Positions 1-9,632 of a stretch of 64,000 bases of DNA are shown piece after piece. Source of the DNA: Armatimonadota bacterium. GTDB taxonomy: Bacteria > Armatimonadota > SYMT01. Position 1 is the first letter of the stretch. Each line of letters opens with the position of its first letter. The translations under genes and the position numbers were made by a program. The stretch covers positions 22,970 through 86,969 of the forward strand of contig JBKBRF010000031.1 in the NCBI GenBank assembly GCA_046292385.1, in the 5' to 3' direction. Under the pieces are notes generated by a model. The model searched no databases and had not been told where the DNA came from. It saw nothing but the letters and a program-made list of their open reading frames with translations.

Positions 1-51
1 CCTTCGCGTAAACTTCGCCTCTTCGCGTTCGTTCGAAATCCCGTCTCTACG

Positions 52-849
52 ATGCTGATCTCCTACCACAACCACACCAACTGGAGTGACGGCGCTCCCA
101 CGCTGGCGGCGCAGATCCAGGCGGCGCGGGCCGCGGTCCTGGACGAGCTGGGCATCTCCGACCACTACGTCCTCGATCCCCGCGGGGAGGCGGTGGAGTG
201 GTCGATGCCGGTCGACCTGCTGGGTGACTACGTCCTCCAACTCCGCGCCGCGGCGGCGGAGACGCGCGACCTGCGCCTGCGACTGGGGATCGAGGCCGAC
301 TTCTTCCCGGAGACGGTGGAGCGGCTGCGGGAGGCGCTGGAGCCGTATCCGTGGGACTACGTGATCGGCTCGGTCCACAACGTCGACGGCTCCCCGATCG
401 ACTCGTACTCCCGCGACTGGGAAGCGCTCTCCGAGGAAGGGCGGAACGACGTCTGGCGCCGCTACTGGGAGCGGATCCGGCAGATGGCGGAGAGCCGGGT
501 GTTCGACTTCGCCGCGCATCCGGACCTGCCGAAGAAGTTCGGGTTCCGGCCGACGGTCGACCTCACCGCCGAGATCGAAGCAGCGCTCGATGCGATCGCC
601 GCCGCCGACATGGCGATCGAGATCAACACCGCGGGCTGGAGCCTCCCGGCCGCGGAAGCCTACCCGTCGCCGGAGATCCTGCGGTCCGCCCGGAATCGAG
701 GCATCCCGCTGCTCATCAACGCCGACGCCCACTTTCCGGAGTTCCTGACGCGGGATTTCGCCCGCGCCAGGGAGCTCGCCCGCTCCGCCGGCTACACGGA
801 GCTGGTCCGCTACGAGCGGCGCCGGCGAATCCCCTACCCGCTCGACTGA
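52..849 (+). CDS. Histidinol-phosphatase, HisJ/PHP family
   Basis: N-terminal YHNHT, ISDH, GIEADF, DYVIGSVH, AHPDLPKKFG, EINTAG and DAH motifs typical of PHP-domain HisJ/HisK phosphatases. Confidence 0.85.
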   Translation: MLISYHNHTNWSDGAPTLAAQIQAARAAVLDELGISDHYVLDPRGEAVEWSMPVDLLGDYVLQLRAAAAETRDLRLRLGIEADFFPETVERLREALEPYPWDYVIGSVHNVDGSPIDSYSRDWEALSEEGRNDVWRRYWERIRQMAESRVFDFAAHPDLPKKFGFRPTVDLTAEIEAALDAIAAADMAIEINTAGWSLPAAEAYPSPEILRSARNRGIPLLINADAHFPEFLTRDFARARELARSAGYTELVRYERRRRIPYPLD

Positions 850-904
850 CCGCGCGTTTGAATGGCTGCCTTCTGCGGGTAAGCGAGGGATCAAGCAAAA
901 GAAA

Positions 905-939
905 CGCCCGGGACGGTCCTCCGAAACCGTTCCCGGGCG
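905..939 (-). terminator. Intrinsic terminator-like hairpin, minus-strand orientation
   Basis: CGCCCGGGACGGT...ACCGTTCCCGGGCG stem preceded by AAGCAAAAGAAA, which reads as a U-rich tail on the minus strand. Confidence 0.5.
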
Positions 940-1046
940 GCGCGGCATCGATCCCGCGTAAGCTGCAGTGCTTCATTAGGCACCGGCCGCCTGCCTGGCA
1001 ACCCGGCAGGCGGTCTCTCTTCGGGAATTATTTCCCCGGGCTAACG

Positions 1047-1538
1047 ATGGACGTGCTCGACCTGGATCGGACGCGGGTGCTCGCGGCGGTTGCCGGACCG
1101 ACGCTCGAGGGTGCGAACCTCTGCTTTCAGGAGCTGCCCCGGGCGGATCTCGCTCGCGCCTTCATGGCGGGAGCCCTGCTGGACGGGGCCGACCTGCGCG
1201 GTGCGGACCTGAGCGGGGCCGACCTGAGCGGGACCTCGCTGGTCGGGGCCAGCCTGCGCCGGAGCCGGCTGCGGGGCGCACAGCTTGCGGGCGCCGACCT
1301 GGAGGCCGCCTCGCTGCGCGATGCGGACCTGCACGCGGCGGACCTGGAGAATGCCGACCTGACCGGCACCAATCTCGAAGGCGCGGACCTGGAGAACGCG
1401 CGGCTCCTGGGGGCGAACCTGGAGGCGGCACGCCTCGATCGCTGCCGCCTGGCCGGGGCGCTCTACGACGAGTTCACCCAGTGGCCCGAGGGCTTCGACC
1501 CCGCCGCCGCCGGCGCCCGGCGCTCAGGACCAGCGTGA
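1047..1538 (+). CDS. Pentapeptide repeat protein
   Basis: Tandem A(D/N)LxG-type pentapeptides (ADLRG ADLSG ADLSG...) and C-terminal YDEFTQWPEGFDP; ATG at 1047 within the longer ORF 351-1538. Confidence 0.85.
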   Translation: MDVLDLDRTRVLAAVAGPTLEGANLCFQELPRADLARAFMAGALLDGADLRGADLSGADLSGTSLVGASLRRSRLRGAQLAGADLEAASLRDADLHAADLENADLTGTNLEGADLENARLLGANLEAARLDRCRLAGALYDEFTQWPEGFDPAAAGARRSGPA

Positions 1539-1892
1539 GCCGAGCGCCGCTCCGGCCGCGGCGGCGAGCACGCCGAAGAGCAGGCTCGCCGCGGCGTAGC
1601 CGGCCGCCTGGGCAGACTGCCCGCGGGCCAGAAGCTGGAGCAGCTCCACGCTGAAGGTCGAGAAGGTGGTGAATCCGCCCAGCACGCCGACGCCGAGGCC
1701 CAGGCGCACCGGCTCCGGCAGCCGCTCCCGGCCGACCGCGTAGAGGAGCCCGAGCAAGAACGAGCCGGTGATGTTGATCGCGAGGGTCGCCCACGGAAAG
1801 CCGGCCCCCACGCGGGCGGTGAGCCAGCTCCCCAGCAGGTAGCGCGTCACCGATCCGGCCGCGCCGCCGAGGGCGATCCAGAGCAGCGTCAC
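1524..1892 (-). CDS. crcB: Fluoride channel Fluc/CrcB
   Basis: GGAAGSVTRY, FPWATLAINITGSF and GGFTTFSTF signatures; 122 aa, four hydrophobic segments. Confidence 0.95.
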   Translation of the reverse strand: MTLLWIALGGAAGSVTRYLLGSWLTARVGAGFPWATLAINITGSFLLGLLYAVGRERLPEPVRLGLGVGVLGGFTTFSTFSVELLQLLARGQSAQAAGYAAASLLFGVLAAAAGAALGSRWS

Positions 1893-2470
1893 GCCGGGCT
1901 CTCCGGCGGCTCGACCGCCTCCGCGCCGCGCCGCGCGAATTCGGCGCGGAAGACCTCGACCGTCGGCTGGTCGATCAGGGTGAAGCGGATCTCCCGCAGC
2001 ACCGAATCCGGCCGCTCCGCGCAGAACCGCTCCGCCTCCGCCACCAGGATCGCGGCGCAGCGATCCTTGGGAAAGCCGAAGATGCCGGAGCTGATCGCCG
2101 GCAGCGCGATCGAGCGCAGACCGCGCTCCTCCGCCGCCGCCAGCGCGTGCGAGACCGCGCTCGCCAGCTTCCGATCCTCGTCGCCCTCTCCCATCCGCGG
2201 ACCCACCGCGTGGATGACGTGCTTCGCCGGCAGCGACCCGGCGGAGGTCACGGCGACCTGCCCCACAGGGACCCTCCCGATGCGGTCGCTCTCCTGCTGG
2301 ATCACGCGCCCGCCGCGGCTCACGATCGCGCCCGCCACGCCGCCGCCGTGCTGCAGGTGCGTGTTCGCGGCGTTCACGATCGCGTCGACCTCTTCCGCGG
2401 TCAGGTCGCCGTGCCGGAGCTCCAGCACCTGTCCGCCGGCGGCGCTCAGCCTGGCGACGACCCGGCTCAT
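1889..2470 (-). CDS. Macro domain protein (O-acetyl-ADP-ribose deacetylase, YmdB-like)
   Basis: GDLT, VDAIVNAAN, HGGGVAGAI, VIHAVGP, SIALPAISSGIFGFP; ATG at 2470 overlaps the stop of the upstream gene. Confidence 0.92.
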   Translation of the reverse strand: MSRVVARLSAAGGQVLELRHGDLTAEEVDAIVNAANTHLQHGGGVAGAIVSRGGRVIQQESDRIGRVPVGQVAVTSAGSLPAKHVIHAVGPRMGEGDEDRKLASAVSHALAAAEERGLRSIALPAISSGIFGFPKDRCAAILVAEAERFCAERPDSVLREIRFTLIDQPTVEVFRAEFARRGAEAVEPPESPA

Positions 2471-3867
2471 CGCGCTCCTCCGTCTCCGCCCAGCACGCAG
2501 CGCTCCGCCAGGGACGGCAGGTAGACGTTCCAGCCGAGCTCCGTCGTGATGCGCGCGTTCAGTGCCTGCCGCGCCTGCGGCTCGCCGTGGACCAGGAACG
2601 TCCGCTTCGGCGGGGTGGTGAAGTGCCCCAGCCAGCGCATGATCTCGCCGCGGTCGGCGTGGGCGGAGAGCGCGTCGACCCGCACCTTCCGCGCGCGGAT
2701 CGGCACTTCCCAGCCGTAGGCCCGGAACATCTCCGCACCGTCCAGGATCGCCCGGCCCGGCGTGCCGACTCCCTGATAGCCGACGAACAGCAGCGTGGTG
2801 GTCGGCTCGGAGATGTGGTTCAGCAGGTGGTGGCGGATACGCCCGCCGTTCGCCATGCCGCTCCCGGCGATGATGATCCCGGGGCCCGGGCGGTCGTTCA
2901 GCGCCTTCGAGTCGTCCCGGGAGTGGAGGTAGCGGAAGTTGGGGCCGTCGAACGGCGACTGGCGCGCGTCCATCAGCGCGGACATCTCCAGGTCGTGGTC
3001 CTGCGCGTGACTGGCGAACATCGGGGTCACGCTCACCGCCATCGGGCTGTCGATGTAGACGTCCAGCTCGGTCGCCCGGCCCTGGCGCCAGATCTTGTTC
3101 AACAGGTAGAGCAGCTCCTGCGTGCGGCCGACCGCGAACGACGGGATCAGGATCCACCCTTTGTTCTTTACCGCCGTCTCGATCACCCCGATCAGCGTCT
3201 GCTCCACGTCCATGTTCGCGTGGTCGCGGTCGCCGTAGGTCGACTCGAGCAGCAGGTAGTCGGCCTGCGTCACCGGCGTCGGATCGGGGATGATGCTCTG
3301 GTCGTACCGGCCGAGGTCGCCGCCGAAGAGCACCCGCCCGGCGTCGGTCTCGGCCGAGACGAAGGCGGAGCCGAGGATGTGACCCGCGCGGATGAAGTGC
3401 GTGGCGACCCCCGGGACCGGCTCGAACAGGGTGTCGTAGTCGACCGGCTCGAGCTGCGACAGGCAGCGCCGGACATCTTCCTCATCGTAGAGCGGCAGCG
3501 CCGGGTGGTGGCGTGACCAGCCGTGGCGGTTCGCGTGCTCCGCCTCTTCCTTCTGCAGCCGTGCGGAGTCTTTCAGCATCACGTGGAGCAGGTCGCGCGT
3601 GGCCGGGGTGCAGTAGACCGGGCCGCGATAGCCGTGCTTCACCACGCGCGGCAGGTAGCCGGTGTGGTCCATGTGCGCGTGGGTGAGCACGACGGCATCG
3701 AGCGAGTCGGGCCGCACCGCGAACGGCTTCCAGTTGCGCTCGCGGATCTCCCGCGGCCCCTGGAAGAGCCCGCAGTCGACGAGCACCCGCTTGCCGGCCG
3801 TCTCGAGCAGGTGACGGGAGCCGGTAACGGTATCGGTCGCCCCGTAGAAGGTGATGGAGGTATCCAC
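2467..3867 (-). CDS. MBL-fold beta-CASP metallo-hydrolase (RNA-specificity domain nuclease family)
   Basis: VTGSRHL, DCGLFQG, THAHMDH, AGHILGS, ESTYG, SGMANGGR, SAHAD, VHGE motifs; GTG at 3867 with GGAG upstream. Confidence 0.92.
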   Translation of the reverse strand: MDTSITFYGATDTVTGSRHLLETAGKRVLVDCGLFQGPREIRERNWKPFAVRPDSLDAVVLTHAHMDHTGYLPRVVKHGYRGPVYCTPATRDLLHVMLKDSARLQKEEAEHANRHGWSRHHPALPLYDEEDVRRCLSQLEPVDYDTLFEPVPGVATHFIRAGHILGSAFVSAETDAGRVLFGGDLGRYDQSIIPDPTPVTQADYLLLESTYGDRDHANMDVEQTLIGVIETAVKNKGWILIPSFAVGRTQELLYLLNKIWRQGRATELDVYIDSPMAVSVTPMFASHAQDHDLEMSALMDARQSPFDGPNFRYLHSRDDSKALNDRPGPGIIIAGSGMANGGRIRHHLLNHISEPTTTLLFVGYQGVGTPGRAILDGAEMFRAYGWEVPIRARKVRVDALSAHADRGEIMRWLGHFTTPPKRTFLVHGEPQARQALNARITTELGWNVYLPSLAERCVLGGDGGAR

Positions 3868-3980
3868 GATGCTCCAATCGAGAGAAGGTCGAGCGTCTCT
3901 ATGGAGTAGTTCGGCCTCCGAGCAACCGACCCTTCCTGACCCGGTCTGTGAGGGCCTCGGGTGCGTCCTCCCGGAACGGA

Positions 3981-4122
3981 CGAGGGAATGAATTCCCTCG
4001 CTGGGCGGCCTCCGGCCACGCGTCCTCCGGACGCCGGAACGAGGCCTTGCTGAGTCCCCGGAGGGGCTCCCCCGTCCGGGGGATAAAACCTCGTGCGGTT
4101 GTTGCCGCCGTTTCAACCGCCC
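3981..4122. repeat. Dispersed intergenic repeat family A, copy 1
   Basis: Shares CGAGG..CCTCGCT, CGGCCACGCGTCCTCCGGACGCC, AGTCCCCG.AGGGG, CCTCGTGC and TTTCAACC.CCC with 40194-40316. Confidence 0.75.
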
Positions 4123-4135
4123 GGAAACGGCCCCC

Positions 4136-5710
4136 CTACCCCGCCACGAAGCGCTCGTTCGGGGGGGGACCGCCTTCCCGGCGGACGCCGCGGTCGCCGT
4201 TGGCGGCGAGGTGGCGCAGGACCTGGTAGACCGTCTCCGTCTGCTCTTCCTCACCCAGCTCCGCCGCCAGCTCCGGGGCGGTGCGCGGGCCGCCGGCGCG
4301 AAGGGCTTCCAGCACGCGGCCCTGGAGGGCGATCACCCGCTCTGCCGCCTTCTTCCCGGCTTCCACCCCGGGCTGGTGGTAGGCGTTGATTCCGATGAGC
4401 GAGGCGTAGAGGCCGACGGCGCGATCGAACAGCGCGATGAGCCGGCCGAGCGCCGCGGCGTCGAGCCTCTCCATGGTGATAGTGAGCGACTCCCGGCCGT
4501 TCTCCGCCAGCGCTTCCCGGGTGCCGAGGAGGAAGCCGTGGAGGTAGTCGCCGCTGGTGGCGCCGGGCTGGACCTCGATCGACGGCCCTTCGCGGTCCTG
4601 CAGCACCTGGATGAAGGTGACGAAGAAGTTCACCGCCCCTTCCCGGAGCTGCTGGACGTAGGCGTGCTGGTCCGTGCTGCCCTTGTTGCCGTAGACGACG
4701 ATGCCCTGGTTGACGCGGCGGCCTTCCAGGTCGAGCTCCTTACCGAGCGACTCCATCACCAGCTGCTGCAGGTACTTGGCGAAGAGGCCCAGGCGGTCCT
4801 TGTACGGGAGCACCACCATGTCTTTGGCCCCACGCCCCTCTCCGGCGTAGTACCACATCAGGGAGAGCAGCGCCGCCGGGTTCTGCCGGATCTCCGACCG
4901 GCGGGTGGCCCGATCCATCTCGGCGGCGCCGCGGAGCAGCGCTTCCACGTCGTACCCCAGCAGCGCGGCGGGGAGAAGGCCGACCGCGGAGAAGACGGAG
5001 GTGCGGCCGCCGACCCAGTCCCACATCGGGAAGCGGGCGATCCAGCCGCCGCGCTCCGCGTGGCGGTCCAGCTCGCTGCCGGCGCCGGTGATGGCGACGG
5101 CGTGGCGGGAGAAGCTGAGCCCCGCGCGGCGGTAGGCGGCCTCGGTCTCCACCATGCCGTTCCGCGTCTCCTTGGTGCCCCCCGACTTGGAAGCGACCAC
5201 CACCAGCGTCTGGGCCAGCCCCTCGCCGAGCTCGCGGAAGATGCGGTCCATGCCGTCCGGATCGGTGTTGTCGAGGAAGAACGGGCGGAGCGGCTGCTCC
5301 ACCGAGCCGAGCGCGTCCGCCACGAGCTGCGGCCCGAGCGCGGAGCCGCCGATCCCGATGAGCAGCAGGCTCCGGAAGCGGCCGCCCCGCTCCGGCGCCA
5401 CCTCCCCCGCGTGCACGCGCCGGGCGAAGTCGCGGACGTGCGCGAAGGTCTGCTCGATCTCGCTCCGGATCTCCGGCGTCGGCGCGAGCGAGGCATCCCG
5501 GAGCCAGTAGTGGCCGACCATCCGGCCCTCGTCCGGGTTGGCGATCGCGCCCCGCTCCAGCGCCTCCATGGCGGAGAGCGCGCTCCGCATCGGCGCTTCC
5601 ATCTCCGCCAGGAACGCCTCCGAGAACTCCATCCGGCTGATGTCCAGCGAGAATCCCTGTGCCTCGTCCGCGACGAGATAGCTCCGATACCGCTCCCATG
5701 CGCCTGGCAT
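4136..5710 (-). CDS. pgi: Glucose-6-phosphate isomerase
   Basis: [49 protein letters not shown]; likely start ATG at 5710. Confidence 0.95.
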   Translation of the reverse strand: MPGAWERYRSYLVADEAQGFSLDISRMEFSEAFLAEMEAPMRSALSAMEALERGAIANPDEGRMVGHYWLRDASLAPTPEIRSEIEQTFAHVRDFARRVHAGEVAPERGGRFRSLLLIGIGGSALGPQLVADALGSVEQPLRPFFLDNTDPDGMDRIFRELGEGLAQTLVVVASKSGGTKETRNGMVETEAAYRRAGLSFSRHAVAITGAGSELDRHAERGGWIARFPMWDWVGGRTSVFSAVGLLPAALLGYDVEALLRGAAEMDRATRRSEIRQNPAALLSLMWYYAGEGRGAKDMVVLPYKDRLGLFAKYLQQLVMESLGKELDLEGRRVNQGIVVYGNKGSTDQHAYVQQLREGAVNFFVTFIQVLQDREGPSIEVQPGATSGDYLHGFLLGTREALAENGRESLTITMERLDAAALGRLIALFDRAVGLYASLIGINAYHQPGVEAGKKAAERVIALQGRVLEALRAGGPRTAPELAAELGEEEQTETVYQVLRHLAANGDRGVRREGGPPPNERFVAG

Positions 5711-5937
5711 GCCCGACCTCCTGATCGACTTCGACCGGTAAGCGTATAACGACGAGGCGGGATCGTCCACCCTCGCCGCCGGCGCCCCGCCGCCCCTGGC
5801 GGCCCCCGCGAAGATTTCCTGTGATCCGGCTCTCTTCCACTAGCAACGCGGCCACAATCAGAATAGAATCATCTACAGAACGAGCCCTCTTGCTGAGGGC
5901 GCGAGCGAGCTTCTCCCGGGGGCCATCCAGACGAACT

Positions 5938-7074
5938 ATGCCGCACCGCCTGCTTCGAGGATTTGGTCGTAAGGGTTCCCCGGAGCCGGAGCCGGCCTCG
6001 CCCACCTCGCCCTCCAACGCCGCGCGTCCCGCCGCGGCCCCGGTCGCCCCCGCCGTCGCTACCTCGCAGACGCTTACCGCGCTGGAGCTGGCGCGGGAGC
6101 TGTTCCGGGGGGTGGAGCACTTCATCCTTTCGACCCCGGACCTCGACACCCCGAGCTTCCTGAACCGGCTTCGGCGCATGTCCGCCCAGCTTACCGGGAG
6201 CGCCTCCCCGGACGACCTGGAGGCGCAGCGGCAGTGGGTCGCCGAGTCGCTCGCCGCCTTCGGGCAGCTCCAGCGCCGCTACCTGGCGGAGCGCGAGGAC
6301 GAGCTGTGGCGGGTGCTGGGGATCTACGGCGAGCACCAGCGGATGGACGGCGCCGCCAACCAGCAGTTCCACGAAGGGCTGCGCGGCGCCCACGAGCGCA
6401 TGGGCAACCTGATGCGGCTGGACGACCTGCGGCAGGTGCGGGAGCGGCTGGAGTCGGAGCTGCAGCGGGTCGACGCGCTGGTCGACCAGAAGGCGAAGTC
6501 GGACCTGGAGCGCGCCTCGCTGCTCGACGCGAAGGTGCGGCAGCTCGAGGCCGCCCTCTCCTCCGCCCGCCAGGAGGCGATGCAGGACCCGCTGACCGGC
6601 GTCTACCACCGCGGCGGCTTCCTCACCCAGCTCGAGGCGCTGCTCGCGTCCCCCACGCCCCTCGCGCTGGCGATGATCGACATCGACAACTTCAAGGACA
6701 TCAACGACACGCTGGGCCATCTGGTGGGCGACCAGGTGCTGCGCTTCGCGGTGGAGCTGCTCGGTAAGGTGGCGCGGCCCGGCGACGTGATCGGGCGCTA
6801 CGGCGGAGACGAGTTCTGCCTCGCCGCGCCCGGCATCCCGGCCGACCGCCTGGGCGACCGCTTCGACGCCCTCGCCTCCCAGCGGACGATCAACTTCCAG
6901 CTGGAGGAGCGCTTCTGCTCCGTCCGTCTCTCGTTCAGCGTGGGGGTCGCCAGCTCGGCGGCCGGTGACACGATCGAGTCGCTGATGGAGCGCGCGGACG
7001 GCGCGATGTACGAGGCGAAGCGGTCCGGAAAAGGCCAGGCGCGCGTCGCCCGGACTCCCGTTTCCGCCGCCTGA
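5938..7074 (+). CDS. Diguanylate cyclase (coiled-coil plus GGDEF)
   Basis: DPLTG, DIDNFKDINDTLGHLVGD, RPGD I-site and RYGGDEF; long helical N-terminus. Confidence 0.92.
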   Translation: MPHRLLRGFGRKGSPEPEPASPTSPSNAARPAAAPVAPAVATSQTLTALELARELFRGVEHFILSTPDLDTPSFLNRLRRMSAQLTGSASPDDLEAQRQWVAESLAAFGQLQRRYLAEREDELWRVLGIYGEHQRMDGAANQQFHEGLRGAHERMGNLMRLDDLRQVRERLESELQRVDALVDQKAKSDLERASLLDAKVRQLEAALSSARQEAMQDPLTGVYHRGGFLTQLEALLASPTPLALAMIDIDNFKDINDTLGHLVGDQVLRFAVELLGKVARPGDVIGRYGGDEFCLAAPGIPADRLGDRFDALASQRTINFQLEERFCSVRLSFSVGVASSAAGDTIESLMERADGAMYEAKRSGKGQARVARTPVSAA

Positions 7075-7100
7075 CGTAGAACCGGAATCTCTAGCGGTAC

Positions 7101-7190
7101 TGGAGTGGGAGAGAGGGCGAGTGGGTGAGCTTGAGAAGCTGCTGACGGGAGCGGGTCTCCCATTCCCCCACTCTCCCTTGCACCCACTCC
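7101..7190. repeat. Purine/pyrimidine-skewed imperfect inverted repeat (REP-like)
   Basis: GGAGTGGGAGAGAGGGCGAGTGGG arm against CCCATTCCCCCACTCTCCCTTGCACCCACTCC arm. Confidence 0.5.
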
Positions 7191-7239
7191 AAACCGCTAG
7201 AAGTAGCGGGACACCACCAACGATGGGTATAGCTTTGCC

Positions 7240-8247
7240 ATGATCGACCGGCGCAAGGCCCTCGGTCTCGCGGCGTCCGTGGTGGGGGCCGCGCTGCTTT
7301 CCCGCGGAGGGCGCGCGAGCATGGGGAAGAGCTCCGTCACGACCGGCAAGATCGAGATCCCGGAAATCTCCGGCGGCACCCTCACCCGGAACGGCGCCCT
7401 TCTCCTGGTGGCGGACGAAGGGAACGGCGTGTTCCTGTTCCGGGACGCGGCGAAGCGGCTCCAGTCCGGGAGCGTGAAGCCGAAAGAGGACGAGCGCCTC
7501 CGGCTGCTGATGGAGAAGCAGGTCGACCTGGAAGACCTGGAAGACGCCGCCTGGGACGAGCGCGGCAGCGCGTTCCTGATCACCTCCCACGCGCGCAGCA
7601 AGCGCGGCGACTCGCCGGAGCAGCGCTACCGCCTGGCCCGCCTCCGTTTCGACGCCACCGGCCTGCTCCTGAAGGCGGAGGAGACCGACGCGCTCTTCCA
7701 GGCGATCGTGAACGAGCTGCCGTTCCTGGCCGACGCGGTGCGCCGCCCGCCCGCCCGCTCCGGCCTGAACATCGAGGGGCTCGCCTGGTCGCCGGAGGGG
7801 CACCTCCTGATCGGCCTCCGCGCCCCTACCATTACCGAAAGCGTGGAGCGGGAGCACGGGGGACAGGAAGACGCCGTGGTGCTCCGGCTCACCAACCCGC
7901 ACGCGCTCTTCGAGGAGCAGGGAGCGCGCGCCCTCCTCGCCGACACGGTGAAGCTCGACCTCCGCGGCCAGGGAATCCGCGGCATGTGCCTCGACCCCTC
8001 CCGGGAATTCTGCTGGCTCATCTCCGGCCTCTCCGCCGACCCGACGCACGACGTCCAGGCGCCCTGGGGCCTCTGGCGGTGGGACATGAAGGGCGCCGCC
8101 GTCCCGGCGAGCGTCCCGAAGGAAGTCGATCTGGAGACCCCGGAGACGGTGGCAGCGCTCGAAGTAGACGGTAAGCCGCACCTGCTCCTGATCGACGACG
8201 AAAAGGACGCCTGCCGCTACGCGCTCTTCCCGGTGCCGGAGGCGTAG
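7240..8247 (+). CDS. Tat-exported beta-propeller-like protein (DUF3616-like)
   Basis: DRRKAL twin-arginine signal; EISG, LVADE, DLED, ITSH and LNIEGLA...LIGLRAP motifs. Confidence 0.65.
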   Translation: MIDRRKALGLAASVVGAALLSRGGRASMGKSSVTTGKIEIPEISGGTLTRNGALLLVADEGNGVFLFRDAAKRLQSGSVKPKEDERLRLLMEKQVDLEDLEDAAWDERGSAFLITSHARSKRGDSPEQRYRLARLRFDATGLLLKAEETDALFQAIVNELPFLADAVRRPPARSGLNIEGLAWSPEGHLLIGLRAPTITESVEREHGGQEDAVVLRLTNPHALFEEQGARALLADTVKLDLRGQGIRGMCLDPSREFCWLISGLSADPTHDVQAPWGLWRWDMKGAAVPASVPKEVDLETPETVAALEVDGKPHLLLIDDEKDACRYALFPVPEA

Positions 8248-8260
8248 GCTCCCCGAACCT

Positions 8261-8558
8261 ATTTCACCACAGAGCGCACAGAGGACACAGAGAGGGGAAC
8301 AGAGGGTTTTGGCCTGATCCGCTTCACGAGACCAGTGCTGCGGCCCCGGTCCGAACCGCATCCACCGCAGAGGCCGCGGAGAGCGCAGAGGAAACGCAGA
8401 GGGGAACCAGAGGACGGGCCTGCCGCGCCTCTCGAGTCCCGTACAGCGACCCCCGGTGATTCTTCTGCTGGTTCCCCTCTTTGCGTCCTTTGCGCTCTTG
8501 GCGGTAAATCCGGTTCGGATTCTGGTTCTCTCTGCGTCCTCTGCGTCTCTGCGGTGAG
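8261..8558. repeat. Palindromic CGCAGAG/CACAGAG repeat unit, copy 1
   Basis: 9-nt-period ACCACAGAGCGCACAGAG and ACCGCAGAG arms with reverse-complement arms; first ~145 bp nearly identical to 9286 onward at a 1020-bp offset. Confidence 0.85.
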
Positions 8559-8569
8559 TCTGATTCCCA

Positions 8570-9286
8570 ATGCCTCTCGATAGCCTCAACCGTGTTGGCG
8601 CGGTGGTGATCTCTGGCGTGCTGAACGCCGCCCAGGTGCGGGAGCTCCTCGCCGTGGTGGACGGCCTGGAGGCTGCTCCGGCGGTGCGGCGGCGGGCGGG
8701 GGAGACGTATGCGGTGCGGGACCTGCTGGCGCGAGCCCCGGCGGTCCGGGAGCTGGGGGAGAGCCCGGCCGTGCGGGCGCTGGTGGAGCCGCTGCTCGGA
8801 CCGGACGCGCTGCTGGTGCGCGCGATCCTGTTCGACAAGCGCCCCGGCGCGAACTGGACCGTCGCCTGGCACCAGGACCGCACCATCGAGGTACAGGAGC
8901 GGCGAGAGGTGCCGGGGTTCGGCCCGTGGACGGTCAAGGCGGGCGTCCAGCACGTGCAGCCGCCCGCGGAGGTGCTGGAGCGGATGCTCGCCGTGCGCCT
9001 CCACCTGAGCGACTGCCCACCCGGGAACGGCGCCCTACGGGTGCTGCCCGGCTCCCACCGGCACGGCCTGCTCTCCCAGGCGGAGATCCGGGAGTGGGCC
9101 GCGGGCGGAGAGAGCCTCCCCCTCCCCGCCCGCGCCGGCGACGCCCTGCTAATGCGCCCCCTGGTGCTGCACGCCTCCTCCCCGGCCGTCACCGCCACTC
9201 GCCGGCCGGTGATCCACCTGGAATACGCCGCAGGGCCGCTCCCGGGCGGGCTCCGCTGGCGAGTGGGGGCTCCGAACCGGGACTAA
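8570..9286 (+). CDS. Phytanoyl-CoA dioxygenase family (PhyH-like 2OG-Fe(II) oxygenase)
   Basis: LFDK...WHQD (HxD), NGALRVLPGSH, LHASS, R..IHLEY. Confidence 0.88.
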   Translation: MPLDSLNRVGAVVISGVLNAAQVRELLAVVDGLEAAPAVRRRAGETYAVRDLLARAPAVRELGESPAVRALVEPLLGPDALLVRAILFDKRPGANWTVAWHQDRTIEVQERREVPGFGPWTVKAGVQHVQPPAEVLERMLAVRLHLSDCPPGNGALRVLPGSHRHGLLSQAEIREWAAGGESLPLPARAGDALLMRPLVLHASSPAVTATRRPVIHLEYAAGPLPGGLRWRVGAPNRD

Positions 9287-9619
9287 CCACAGAGCACACA
9301 GAGGACACAGAGAGGGGAACAGAGGGTTTTGGCCTGCGCCGCTTCACGAGTCCCGTGCTGCGGCCCCGGTCCGAACCGCATCCACCGCAGAGGCCGCGGA
9401 GAGCGCAGAGGGCACGCAGAGGAGGGAACCAGAATTCCGGCCTTGTTCCGCCGAACGAATGCCGTACAGCGGCCCCGGGGTTTGTCTCTTCCGGTCCCTC
9501 TGCGCTCTTGGCGTCTTGGCGGTAAGTCCGGTTCGGTTCCTCTCTGCGTCCTTTGCGTTCTCTGCGGTGAATCCCCGTTCGGTTCCTCTCCGTGCCCTCA
9601 GTGTGCTCTGTGGTGAAAT
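9286..9619. repeat. Palindromic CGCAGAG/CACAGAG repeat unit, copy 2
   Basis: Direct repeat of the 8266 unit; ends in GTGTGCTCTGTGGTGAAAT, the reverse complement (one mismatch) of ATTTCACCACAGAGCGCAC at 8261. Confidence 0.85.
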
Positions 9620-9632
9620 CACCCGGCTCGCG

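Noticed and set aside
3868..3980. Fluoride riboswitch upstream of the crcB operon
   Set aside because: Conserved GGCGATGG..GCC and CTGATG elements are not present
5869..9198. 1109-aa minus-strand ORF and other long overlapping ORFs (e.g. 4211-5749, 32786-34438, 60927-62504)
   Set aside because: Antisense or off-frame shadows of recognisable genes, common at high GC; no motifs
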